From the NCBI GenBank assembly GCA_963702005.1, contig OY969696.1, positions 2,912,001-2,976,000 of the forward strand: DNA of 64,000 nt, given 5' to 3'. The DNA is from Candidatus Aminicenantes bacterium. GTDB lineage: Bacteria; Acidobacteriota; Aminicenantia; Aminicenantales; JAFGBC01. Position numbers and translations under genes: made by a program. This document shows positions 41,078 to 49,927 of this stretch, one piece after another (position 1 is the first letter of the stretch; each line of letters starts with the position of its first letter). The notes below the pieces were generated by a model that was given only the letters and a program-made list of their open reading frames with translations, made no database searches and was not told the origin of the DNA.

Positions 41078-41243
41078 ACCCTCGACACTCATACTAAGCC
41101 GTTTCCGGCTTAGTATGAGTGCTGCAAGGCTGGGCTTGGCCAGGGTTAACCCTGAGCCGCGCTTATCGTCCCCGCTTTGAAAGGCGGGGCTCCGATTTTA
41201 AGCCCCGCCTTTCAGGGCGGGGTAGCGTCGGCGAACGGGTCAA
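41073..41243. mobile_element. TTGAC-bracketed hairpin element, copy C (171 bp), with IS200/IS605-end-like hairpins
   Basis: Core 15-bp hairpin plus CAGGGTTAACCCTG, CCCCGCTTTGAAAGGCGGGG and GCCCCGCCTTTCAGGGCGGGGT modules. Confidence 0.85.
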
Positions 41244-41345
41244 TCGGACCAGGCCGTCGGCCCCCCCGGGGGCGTTGAAGACCGTTCAGGTTGGCAGCCC
41301 CTCCCCTTTCTGATATAATTTTTGGGGAGCGGGAAGGAAAGGAAC

Positions 41346-42704
41346 GTGCCGTCCATCAATATTCTTGTCGTCGAGGATGAAAAACTCGTCGCCAAAGATA
41401 TCAGCAACATCCTGAAACACATCGGCCACCGGGTCGTTGATATCGTCACGACCGGCCAGGACGCTCTTCGCAGGGTCGAGGAAACCGGCCCCGACCTGGT
41501 CCTGATCGATATCGTCCTGAAGGGCGCCCTGGACGGAATCGCCACGGCCGGACTCATCCAGGAGCGCTTCAGGATCCCCGTCATCTATCTGACGGCTTAC
41601 GCCGACGATACGACTCTGGCCCGGGCCAAGGTCACCGAGCCGTTCGGCTACATCCTCAAGCCCTTCGACGAGCGGGACATCAAGACGGCCATCGAAATGA
41701 TGACCTATAAGGCCCGGATGGACCGCACCCTCCGTGATCGCGAAAAATGGCTGGCGACCATCCTCCGTTCGATCGTCGACGGCGTCATCGCCGTCGACGC
41801 CGCCGGCCGGGTGACTTTCATGAACACGCTGGCCGAGGTCTTGACGGGACGCCCCCTGGCCGAGGGGGCCGGTCAATCCATCGAGAGCGTCGTCCGGATC
41901 TCTCCGGAGCTGGGGACCTCCTCGCAGAGCGAGGCCCTCCTGACGAGCGGGGACGGCCGGCAATACACCATCGAATCGCAGACGTCGCCCATCCTGGACA
42001 TGAGCGGCCAAAAAGCGGGATACGTATTCGTCTTCCGCGACATCAGCCAGCGCCAGAAGACCGAGTACGAGCTCCAGCGGAGCTGGGAACAGATCAAGAA
42101 GAGCCTATCCGGTATCGTCCGGGCCATCTCGCAGATGACCGAAATGCGGGACCCCTACACGGCCGGCCATCAGCGCCGTGTCGCTCAGCTTTCTTCCGCC
42201 ATCGCCAAGGAGATGGGGCTTCACAACGACCAGGTCGAAGGGATCCGTCTGGCCGGGGAAATCCACGACATCGGAAAGATTCACGTCCCCGCCGAAATCC
42301 TCAGCAAGCCCGGCCGCCTGACCCCCGTCGAGTTTGCCCTGATCCAGACCCACGCCCAGGCCGGCTATGAGATTCTGAGGTCGATCGAATTCCCCTGGCC
42401 GATCGCCCAGATCATCTGGCAGCACCACGAACGGCTCGACGGATCGGGCTATCCCAACCGGGTCAAGGGACGGGAGATCCTGCTCGAAGCCCGCATCCTG
42501 AGCGTCGCCGACGTCGTCGAAGCCATGTCCTCGCATCGCCCCTACCGGCCCGCGCCCGGCGTCGCCAAGGCGCTGGAGGAGATCGACCACAACAAGGACA
42601 AGCTCTATGACTCCGATGTCGTGGAAGCCTGCACCGCCCTGTTCAGGGCGGGCCGTTTCGCTTTTGACGGGCCAAAACTCTCCTCCGGCGACCACTCGTC
42701 TTAG
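41346..42704 (+). CDS. Response regulator with REC-PAS-HD-GYP domains (cyclic-di-GMP phosphodiesterase)
   Basis: VVEDE/LIDI/KPF receiver; DGVIAVD PAS; HDIGK, HHERLDGSGYP. Confidence 0.93.
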   Translation: MPSINILVVEDEKLVAKDISNILKHIGHRVVDIVTTGQDALRRVEETGPDLVLIDIVLKGALDGIATAGLIQERFRIPVIYLTAYADDTTLARAKVTEPFGYILKPFDERDIKTAIEMMTYKARMDRTLRDREKWLATILRSIVDGVIAVDAAGRVTFMNTLAEVLTGRPLAEGAGQSIESVVRISPELGTSSQSEALLTSGDGRQYTIESQTSPILDMSGQKAGYVFVFRDISQRQKTEYELQRSWEQIKKSLSGIVRAISQMTEMRDPYTAGHQRRVAQLSSAIAKEMGLHNDQVEGIRLAGEIHDIGKIHVPAEILSKPGRLTPVEFALIQTHAQAGYEILRSIEFPWPIAQIIWQHHERLDGSGYPNRVKGREILLEARILSVADVVEAMSSHRPYRPAPGVAKALEEIDHNKDKLYDSDVVEACTALFRAGRFAFDGPKLSSGDHSS

Positions 42705-43876
42705 GCCCGGCCGTAAAACTCCTTCACCGTCGAAACCACGTAACCCTGCTGGTCTCGAGTCAGCTCGGGATAGAGGGGAAGCGCCAGGACTTCACGGGCG
42801 GCCTTCTCGGCGCGCGGGAAATCGCCCTCCCGGTAGCCGAGGCCGGCGAAGCACTTCTGAAGGTGGAGCGGCAGCGGATAATAGACCGTGGAGCCGACGC
42901 CCTTCGTCCGCAGAAACTCCTTGAGCTCGTCGCGCTTCCGGGCCCGGACGACGTACTGATGATAAGTGTGGAAATTCTTGACTCCCGAGCCGCGATAGAC
43001 GGCTTTAGGAATCGCGATCGAGCCGTCCGCGACGAGCCCCTCCTCCTCGAAAGCGCGGTCGTAGGCGGCGGCCTTCTCGCGGCGCGCCTCCTGCCAGCGG
43101 TCGAGGTGCCCGAGCTTGACGCGAAGGACGGCCGCCTGGATCGCGTCGAGTCGGAAATTTCCCCCCATCTCGTCGTAGGTGTAGCGTTCCCGTTCGCCGT
43201 GGACCCGGAGGGTCCTGAGCCTGGCCGCGAGCGGTTCGTCGTCGGTCAGGACCATGCCGCCGTCCCCGTACCCGCCCAGGTTTTTGGTCGGGTAAAAGGA
43301 GAAGAACCCGCAGCGCCCGATGGCGCCCGCCTTTTTGACGCCCCGGGACGAGGGATATTCGGTCCCGATGGCCTGGGCGGCGTCCTCGATCACGGACAGG
43401 CCGCGGCGGCCGGCGATCTCCAGGATGCGGTCCATATCCGCGCATTGGCCGTAGAGATGGATGGGAACAACGGCCTTGACCTTTTCCGGGGACGCAGGCT
43501 CGGCCCGCCCGCCCAGGACGTCTTCGAGGCGGGCCGGGTCGAGGTTGTAAGTCGCCTCGTCGATATCGCAGAAGACGGGCCTGGCCCCGAGACGGGCGAT
43601 CGCGCCGGCCGTGGCGAAGAAGGTGAAGGGCGTCGTGACGACGGCGTCCCCCCGGCCGATCCCGAGGGCCATCAGCGAGACGATCTGGCCGTCGGAGCCG
43701 GAGGAGACGCCCACGGCGAAGCGCGCGCCGCTGTAGGCGGCGACCTCTTTTTCCAGGGCCTCGACCTCGGGACCGAGGATGAACCCCTGGCCGGCGATGA
43801 CTTCGAGGACCTTGCGGTCGATCTCATCCTTGATGGCCCGGTATTGAGCCTTCAGGTCCAAGGAGGGAACGTTCAT
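42701..43876 (-). CDS. DegT/DnrJ/EryC1/StrS sugar aminotransferase
   Basis: DLKAQY, EDAAQAIG, SFYPTKNLG.YGDGG, RLDAIQAA, LPLYP. Confidence 0.95.
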   Translation of the reverse strand: MNVPSLDLKAQYRAIKDEIDRKVLEVIAGQGFILGPEVEALEKEVAAYSGARFAVGVSSGSDGQIVSLMALGIGRGDAVVTTPFTFFATAGAIARLGARPVFCDIDEATYNLDPARLEDVLGGRAEPASPEKVKAVVPIHLYGQCADMDRILEIAGRRGLSVIEDAAQAIGTEYPSSRGVKKAGAIGRCGFFSFYPTKNLGGYGDGGMVLTDDEPLAARLRTLRVHGERERYTYDEMGGNFRLDAIQAAVLRVKLGHLDRWQEARREKAAAYDRAFEEEGLVADGSIAIPKAVYRGSGVKNFHTYHQYVVRARKRDELKEFLRTKGVGSTVYYPLPLHLQKCFAGLGYREGDFPRAEKAAREVLALPLYPELTRDQQGYVVSTVKEFYGRA

Positions 43877-43883
43877 GGCCTGC

Positions 43884-43912
43884 ACTTTAGACAAATTCGC
43901 CGCCCTTGTCAA
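43884..43912 (-). promoter_or_regulatory. Leaderless promoter of the DegT-family gene
   Basis: TTGACA-17 nt-TAAAGT-7 nt-ATG; no SD sequence. Confidence 0.7.
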
Positions 43913-43923
43913 CGCCGCCCGAC

Positions 43924-44409
43924 TCAGCTCCCTTCGACCTTGCGGATCCGGGCTTTCTCGATTTGGAGACGCCCCTGGTAAGATACATAATTGAGGAGGA
44001 TGAGGACGCGATCATGGCCGCTGAGCTCGCGGTTGAAGACGCCCCGGAGGCCCTTGAGCGGCCCTTCGCTGACCTCGATCTCATCGCCCGGCGCGGGCTT
44101 ATCCCGGAACGTCCGAACTTCGATGAAGCCTTCGACTTCGCGGGCGCGCAGCTCCTCGATGACGGCATCCGGGAGCGAGACCGGTCCGGCATCATTCCCG
44201 ACGATTTTTTTGACCCCCCGCGTGTAGTGGACGAGCTTGTACTGGCGGGGATGGTCGAAGCGGAGGAACGCGTAGCCGGGGAAGAAAGCCCGAACTCTCT
44301 CCCCTTCCCTGCAGCGCGGAAGGTAGAAATCAAACGAAGCCTGCTGGAAGAGACGCTCGACCTGGAACTCTTTTTTGGGCTTGAGGTTGAGAAGGAACCA
44401 GCTGACCAT
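43924..44409 (-). CDS. NusG paralog (RfaH/UpxY-like antiterminator)
   Basis: WFLLNLKPKKE, FFPGYAF, TRGVKKIVG NGN domain; GDEIEVSEGPLKGLRG KOW; RVLILL. Confidence 0.88.
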   Translation of the reverse strand: MVSWFLLNLKPKKEFQVERLFQQASFDFYLPRCREGERVRAFFPGYAFLRFDHPRQYKLVHYTRGVKKIVGNDAGPVSLPDAVIEELRAREVEGFIEVRTFRDKPAPGDEIEVSEGPLKGLRGVFNRELSGHDRVLILLNYVSYQGRLQIEKARIRKVEGS

Positions 44410-44413
44410 GATC

Positions 44414-45238
44414 TCAGTCGCCGATCCTGAGGCGCTTGTAGAATTCGGGCCGACGATCGGGGAGGAAATGCCGGCGGGCGGGGGAGCGGCGGAGCTCGGC
44501 CATGTCGCAGTCCGCGACCAGGATGGCCTCCCGCCCGCGCGGAGCGCGCTTGACCAGGGCGCCGTCCGGGCCAGCGATGAAGGACTCGCCCGCGAACTGG
44601 AGCGCGCCCTCCTTCCCCACCCGATTGGCCAGGGCGGCGAAATACCCGTTCTGGAAGGCGGCGACTCTGACCTCGGCTTCGAAAAGGCCCTTGGGCCATT
44701 CGTTCCAAGTGCCCGCTTGAGGGATGACGACGATCTCGGCGCCGGCCAGGGCCAGCCCCCGCATGTATTCGGGGAAATGCCGGTCATAGCAGATACAGAC
44801 GCCGACGCGGCCGGCCCGCGTCGCGAAGACGAGGTCCGTGTCCTCGGCGGGCGCATAGTATCCCCGCTCGCGAAAGCCGGGCCCGTCCATGATGTGGACC
44901 ATGCGGGTGACGCCGAGGAGCCGTCCGTCGCCATCGATGACCGGGGAAGAATCATAGGTCCGGCCCTTCCGTCGTTCGAAGAGGTTGAGGACGACCACGA
45001 CGCCGGCCCGAGCGGCCAGGGACGAGAAACGGTCCGTGGTAGGCCCGGGGACGGGTTCCGCCTGGGCGAGGGCCGTGGCCGTCGCGCGGCGCCGGGGCAG
45101 GAAAGGGAGGAAGGCGAGCTCGGGAAAAACGATGATCTGGGCGCCGGAGCCGACGGCCTTTTCGAAAGCCCTGACCCCCCGCTCCAGGTTGGCGGTCTTG
45201 TCCCGGGAAGCCCGCCGCTGGATGAGCGCGATCCTCAT
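44414..45238 (-). CDS. Carbon-nitrogen hydrolase (nitrilase family, N-carbamoylputrescine amidase/beta-ureidopropionase-like)
   Basis: VFPEL, ICYDRHFPE, NRVG.E, F.GES. Confidence 0.9.
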   Translation of the reverse strand: MRIALIQRRASRDKTANLERGVRAFEKAVGSGAQIIVFPELAFLPFLPRRRATATALAQAEPVPGPTTDRFSSLAARAGVVVVLNLFERRKGRTYDSSPVIDGDGRLLGVTRMVHIMDGPGFRERGYYAPAEDTDLVFATRAGRVGVCICYDRHFPEYMRGLALAGAEIVVIPQAGTWNEWPKGLFEAEVRVAAFQNGYFAALANRVGKEGALQFAGESFIAGPDGALVKRAPRGREAILVADCDMAELRRSPARRHFLPDRRPEFYKRLRIGD

Positions 45239-45244
45239 GCGGAT

Positions 45245-45273
45245 ATCTTAGTCCAGCTTCCCATCCGCTTCAA
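45245..45273 (-). promoter_or_regulatory. Leaderless promoter of the nitrilase-nusG unit
   Basis: TTGAAG-17 nt-TAAGAT-6 nt-ATG. Confidence 0.65.
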
Positions 45274-45330
45274 TCCCCTCCGCTTGAAGATCTGGTCGCT
45301 TTATCGTGAATTGGCCGTGAAAAACCGCTC

Positions 45331-45391
45331 CGGGGACTAGCGAGGCTTGTCCCCTTCGCGGGATCCCGCGGACACCAGTCCGTGGAGCTTC
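45331..45391. repeat. REP-like palindromes and a fragment shared with element copy F
   Basis: GGGGAC..GTCCCC; CGCGGGATCCCGCG; AGTCCGTGGAGCTTC is the exact reverse complement of 63670-63684. Confidence 0.55.
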
Positions 45392-45523
45392 AGGGTCGGC
45401 CGCGATTAGCCGCAAACGGTGAGAAGGATGGCGTAGAAAATCCCCCCTCCGCTCATCGGGGCCGGTTATTGACGGGGCAGCCGGTCTCGTCTAATCTAAA
45501 AAAAGGGACAAAGGTTTTCGATC

Positions 45524-46084
45524 ATGAAGAGAGCCGTTGCGCTCATCCTCGTTCTGGCCGCGGCCTCGGCCGCTCAAGCGGCCGCGCCCTCCCGCCTCAT
45601 CGGAAAATTCGCCCAATTCCGGCCGTCCACGAATCCCCTCAAAGCCGACTACGGAACATCGCTGGGCTACGGCGGCGAAATCAACATCAGCCTTTCGAAC
45701 TACCTGGACCTCTGGCTGGGCGCGATGTATCACCCCCAGCAGAACCACCTCAGCGCCGGCTCGAGGATCTCGCTGACTCCGATCGATGCCGGACTCAAGC
45801 TGAAGCTCCCCGTGCCGTTTCTGGGAACCCCTTACTTCGGGGCGGGCGCCGTCTATTGCACTTACACCGAGAAAGCGGCCGGCGTCGAATCCAGCCAATC
45901 CGGCCTCGGGTACTGCCTCCAGACCGGCATAGTCATCCCCCCCTGCACGGGCCGCTCCTGCAGCAATGCCCTGTTTTCGGTCGATCTTTTTCTGAACTAC
46001 AGCAGCTGCGAAGTCGCCGTCGCCAACCGCACCCTCGAAATCGGAGGGCTCAGGATCGGCGTCGGCTGGGGCGTCGGTTTTTAG
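45524..46084 (+). CDS. Small outer-membrane beta-barrel protein
   Basis: Signal peptide; LTPIDAGLK, PYFGAGAVY; terminal GVGF; upstream TTGACG-17-TAATCT. Confidence 0.8.
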   Translation: MKRAVALILVLAAASAAQAAAPSRLIGKFAQFRPSTNPLKADYGTSLGYGGEINISLSNYLDLWLGAMYHPQQNHLSAGSRISLTPIDAGLKLKLPVPFLGTPYFGAGAVYCTYTEKAAGVESSQSGLGYCLQTGIVIPPCTGRSCSNALFSVDLFLNYSSCEVAVANRTLEIGGLRIGVGWGVGF

Positions 46085-47475
46085 GCTCCGGTCCCCGTCG
46101 CCGCCTCCACGTCCGCGACCGTCTTGGGAATGGGTTTGCCCAGGACGCGGCGGCCGTCGGCCGTGACCAGGACGTTATCCTCGATCCGGACGCCGCCGAA
46201 GTCCCGGTAAGTCCCGGCTTTATCGTAATCGATGAAATCGGCGAACTTGCCGGCCTTTCTCCACTTATCGATCAGGGGCGGGATGAAGTAGATGCCGGGC
46301 TCGACCGTCACCACGAAGCCGGGCTCAGGCTCCCGGGCCAGCCGGAGATAGGCCAACCCGAACTGGCCGCTCCGCTTGAGTTTTTCGGTGTAGCCGACCA
46401 GCGCTTCGCCGATGTCCTCCATGTCGTGGACGTCGAGCCCCATCATGTGCCCGAGGCCGTGGGGGAAGAACAGCGCGTGGGCTCCGGCCTGGACGGCGGC
46501 CGCGGCGTCGCCTTTCATCAAGCCCAGATCCTTAAGCCCGGCGGCGATGACGCGGGCCGCTTCGAGGTGGACCTCCCGGTACTTAAGGCCGGGCCGGATG
46601 GCCCGGATGGCCGTTTCCTGGGCCCGCAGGACGATCTCGTAGATCTCCCGCTGCCGGGGCGTGAATCGTCCGCTGACCGGGATCGTCCGGGTGATATCCG
46701 AGGCGTAGCCGCGCGGCGATTCGGCGCCCGAATCGTCGATGAGGAGCCGCCCCTCGGCCAGGACGTTGCCGTAGCCGTGATTGTGGAGGACCTGGCCGTT
46801 GATGGTCACGATCGAAGGAAAGGCCGTCCGGCAGCCGCGGCCGAGCGCGATCCCCTCGATCCGGCCCATGATCTCATACTCGTGGATTCCCGGCCGAGTC
46901 ATGGCCATGGCCGCCCGGTACATCTCGTGGGAAACGTCCAGGGCTTTTTCGATCTCGTCGATCTCCTCCTGAATCTTGACCGACCTCTGGGCGATGACGG
47001 CCCGGCGCAGCGCCTCCGAGGCCTTGGCTTTGACGTCCCTGGCCGGAATGCCCAGCCAGCCGCCGAGCTTGCGGGCGGCCTCGGCCCGGTAGGGAGGAAG
47101 AAAATGGATCTTCCGCCGCTTGGCCTTGGCCTGCTTGAGCGCCGCCTCGAGCTTGGCCAGGGGCCGGGCCGTCCCGACGCCGGCCAGGGCCGCCCTGTCC
47201 TTGACGGTCGGCAGATGGCCCATCCAGATGACATCCTCGAGGCCGATATCGTCGCCGAAGACGATCTCCTTGTCGCCGTCGATATCGACGAGTCCGGCCA
47301 GCCCGGGCTGGTCGAGTCCGAAGAAATAGAGAAAGGAGCTGTCCTGCCGGAAATGGTAGGTGTTGGCGGGATAGTTCATGGGGCTCTCGTCGTTCCCGGG
47401 GAACAAGACGAGGCCGGAGCCGAGCTGGGTCCTGAGCCGTTTCCGGCGTTCGCTGTAGATGCGGGCGTCAAACAT
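46081..47475 (-). CDS. pepP: Xaa-Pro aminopeptidase (M24B)
   Basis: FRQDSSFLY, LHNH, DSG, YASDITRT, HGLGHMMGLDVHD, TVEPGIY, GVRIED. Confidence 0.95.
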   Translation of the reverse strand: MFDARIYSERRKRLRTQLGSGLVLFPGNDESPMNYPANTYHFRQDSSFLYFFGLDQPGLAGLVDIDGDKEIVFGDDIGLEDVIWMGHLPTVKDRAALAGVGTARPLAKLEAALKQAKAKRRKIHFLPPYRAEAARKLGGWLGIPARDVKAKASEALRRAVIAQRSVKIQEEIDEIEKALDVSHEMYRAAMAMTRPGIHEYEIMGRIEGIALGRGCRTAFPSIVTINGQVLHNHGYGNVLAEGRLLIDDSGAESPRGYASDITRTIPVSGRFTPRQREIYEIVLRAQETAIRAIRPGLKYREVHLEAARVIAAGLKDLGLMKGDAAAAVQAGAHALFFPHGLGHMMGLDVHDMEDIGEALVGYTEKLKRSGQFGLAYLRLAREPEPGFVVTVEPGIYFIPPLIDKWRKAGKFADFIDYDKAGTYRDFGGVRIEDNVLVTADGRRVLGKPIPKTVADVEAATGTGA

Positions 47476-47560
47476 GCGGGCCTCCTCGACGCGCGAAGGT
47501 TACGGTTCGCGGATAGATATACCAAAGGACCGGGAGGAAGGCAATGGGCCTTCTCCCCGC

Positions 47561-49924
47561 CTAAAGGGACTCGTGCTCCGTTCTCCGGATGATTTCATCC
47601 TGGAGGGCCTTGCCCAGGTCGACGAAATAGTCGCTGTAGCCGGCGACCCGGACGATGAGGTCGCGGTATTTATCCGGATGCTTCTGGGCCTCGCGCAGGA
47701 CGGCCGCCGTCACGATGTTGAACTGGATGTGATGGCCGTCGAGCTTGAAGTAGGACCGGATGAGGTGGAGGAGCTTCTCGACGCCCGAATCGTCGCTGAG
47801 GACCTGGGGCGTGAATTTCTGGTTGAGGAGCGTCCCCCCGGTTCGGACGTGATCCATCTTGGACACCGACTTGATGACGGCGGTTGGGCCGTGCCGGTCG
47901 GCGCCCTGAACGGGAGAGACGCCCTCCGAGAACGGCTCGCCGGCCTTCCGGCCGTCCGGGGTCGCGCCGGTGACCTTTCCGAAATAGACGTGGACCGTCG
48001 TCGGCAGCAGGTTAATCCGGTACTGGCCTCCCCTCGTGTTGGGGCGGCCGTTGATCGCGTCGTAGTAAAGCTCGAAGACGCGCTTCATGATGCCGTCGGC
48101 ATAGTCGTCGTCGTTCCCGTAGCGGGGCGTCTTGTTGAGGAGATACTGGCGGAGGCCTTCCCGGCCTTCGAAGTTGCGGCGGAGGGCCTGGAGAAGGTCC
48201 TTGAGCGGAACCTTCTTTTTGTCGTAGACGCCGAATTTGAGGGCCGTCAGGGAGTCCGTGATCGTCCCCAGCCCGACGCCCTGAATGTAGGACGTGTTGT
48301 AGCGGGCGCCCCCGTCATGGTAGTCGCGGCCCCGGGCGATGCAGTCGTCGATGAGAAGGGACAGGAAGGGCGTCGGGAGGTATTCGGCGTAGATCCGTTC
48401 GATGACGGAGTTCCCCCGGATCTTGACGTCGATGAAATGCCGGACTTGGGCGGCGTAAGCCTCGAACAGCTCATCGAAGGAAGCGAACGCGGCCGCGTCT
48501 CCGGTCCGGAGGCCGATCGTCTTTCCCGTCCGGGGATCGACGCCGTTGGCGAGCGTGATCTCGAAGACCTTGGCCAGGTTGAAGTAGCCGGTCAGGTTGT
48601 AGTTTTCGCGGCCGAAGACCCCGACCTCGACGCAGCCGCTCGATCCGCCCCTCCGGGCGTCCTCCAGGGTCTTGCCCTGGCGAAGGAGCTCCTCGACGAT
48701 GAGATCGGCGTTGAAGAAGGAGGGCTGGCCGAATCCGGTCTTGACGATCTGGATGGCCCGCTTGAGGAATCGGTCCGGGCTGCGCTTGCTGATCTGGACC
48801 GAGGCGCTCGGCTGGAGGAGCCTCATTTCTTCGACGACATCGAGGAGCAGGTAGGTCATGTCGCCGACCGCGTCCTCGCCCTGGGGAGTCAGGCCGCCGA
48901 AATTGATCTGGCAGAAGTCCGTGTACGTCGCGCTTTCTTCGGCGGTGACTCCGACCTTGGGCGGGGCGGGCTGGTTGTTGAACTTGATCCAGAAAGCCTG
49001 GACGAGCTCGCGGGCCTGGTCCTGGGTCAGAGCGCCGTTCTCGATCCCCTTCCGATAGAAGGGCGCCAAATGCTGGTCGAGCTTGCCGGGGTTGAAGGAA
49101 TCCCAGGTGTTGAGCTCGCTGATGACCCCCAGGTGGACGAACCAGTAGGCCTGGAGGGCCTCCCAGAAATCGCGGGGCGGCTGGGCGGGAACGCGGCTAC
49201 AGACCTCGGCGATCCGGTTGAGCTCTTTCTTACGACGCGGATCCTTCTCTTTAAGGGCCAAGGCCCGGGCTTTCTCCGCGTAGCGCTCGGCGAGCCTGAT
49301 CAGGGCGTCGGCGGCCACGGCCATGGCCTGGAGCTCCTCTTCTTTGCGAAGGGCCTCGGGGTCCCGGGCGAAATCGAGCCCGGCCAGGCTGCGCGCGATG
49401 TCCTGTTTGAAGTCGAGGAATCCCTTGCGATAAATCTTGTCGTCAAGGACGGTGTGCCCGGGCGCCCGCTGCTCCATGAATTCCGTAAAAACGCCCGCAT
49501 CGTAGGCGTCCCTCCACTCCGGAGTCATCTCGTCCAGGATCTTTTCGCGGACGGTCTGGCCCTTCCAGAAGGGAATGATCCGCTCCTTGTAGATCTTGCG
49601 GGTCTCGGGGCTGACCTTGTAGGGGATCTTCTCCCGCGTATTCAGGATGTCGAGGTCCTGGAGACTATGGACGTTGATCTCGGGAAAGGTGGGCGTCGCC
49701 TTGGGGCCGGGCCCTCGCTCTCCGACGATGAGTTCCCCGTCGCCGATGGCGATCGCCCGGCGCTCGCAGAGGTATTTAAAGGCTAGGGCCCGCTTCAGGG
49801 GGACGGACAGGGTGGCCGAACGATGGCTTTCGTAGAATTCGGTCATGAGCAGGGCCCGTTCCGGGCTCAGGAACGGCTTCGCCCTCAAGCTTTCTTCGCG
49901 CAATCTTTTGATACGTTCGTTCAT
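47561..49924 (-). CDS. hypD: Glycyl radical enzyme, trans-4-hydroxy-L-proline dehydratase
   Basis: FTEFMEQRAPGHT, ELNTWD, FNNQPAPPKVGVT.EES.TYTDF, SGCVE, LPTT.H.YFG, RVAGYS match the C. difficile HypD motifs as I recall them. Confidence 0.9.
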   Translation of the reverse strand: MNERIKRLREESLRAKPFLSPERALLMTEFYESHRSATLSVPLKRALAFKYLCERRAIAIGDGELIVGERGPGPKATPTFPEINVHSLQDLDILNTREKIPYKVSPETRKIYKERIIPFWKGQTVREKILDEMTPEWRDAYDAGVFTEFMEQRAPGHTVLDDKIYRKGFLDFKQDIARSLAGLDFARDPEALRKEEELQAMAVAADALIRLAERYAEKARALALKEKDPRRKKELNRIAEVCSRVPAQPPRDFWEALQAYWFVHLGVISELNTWDSFNPGKLDQHLAPFYRKGIENGALTQDQARELVQAFWIKFNNQPAPPKVGVTAEESATYTDFCQINFGGLTPQGEDAVGDMTYLLLDVVEEMRLLQPSASVQISKRSPDRFLKRAIQIVKTGFGQPSFFNADLIVEELLRQGKTLEDARRGGSSGCVEVGVFGRENYNLTGYFNLAKVFEITLANGVDPRTGKTIGLRTGDAAAFASFDELFEAYAAQVRHFIDVKIRGNSVIERIYAEYLPTPFLSLLIDDCIARGRDYHDGGARYNTSYIQGVGLGTITDSLTALKFGVYDKKKVPLKDLLQALRRNFEGREGLRQYLLNKTPRYGNDDDYADGIMKRVFELYYDAINGRPNTRGGQYRINLLPTTVHVYFGKVTGATPDGRKAGEPFSEGVSPVQGADRHGPTAVIKSVSKMDHVRTGGTLLNQKFTPQVLSDDSGVEKLLHLIRSYFKLDGHHIQFNIVTAAVLREAQKHPDKYRDLIVRVAGYSDYFVDLGKALQDEIIRRTEHESL

Positions 49925-49927
49925 GGA

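Noticed and set aside
41215-41232. GGCGGGGTAGCGTC in the element resembles the RfaH ops site (GGCGGTAGnnTG), with a NusG paralog nearby
   Set aside because: The match is imperfect, it is usually on the strand opposite to local transcription, and it is adequately explained as part of the element's end.
45382-49786. Long plus-strand ORFs (736 aa, 775 aa) and many similar antisense ORFs across the window
   Set aside because: Shadow frames of well-supported opposite-strand genes in high-GC DNA, with no recognisable motifs.
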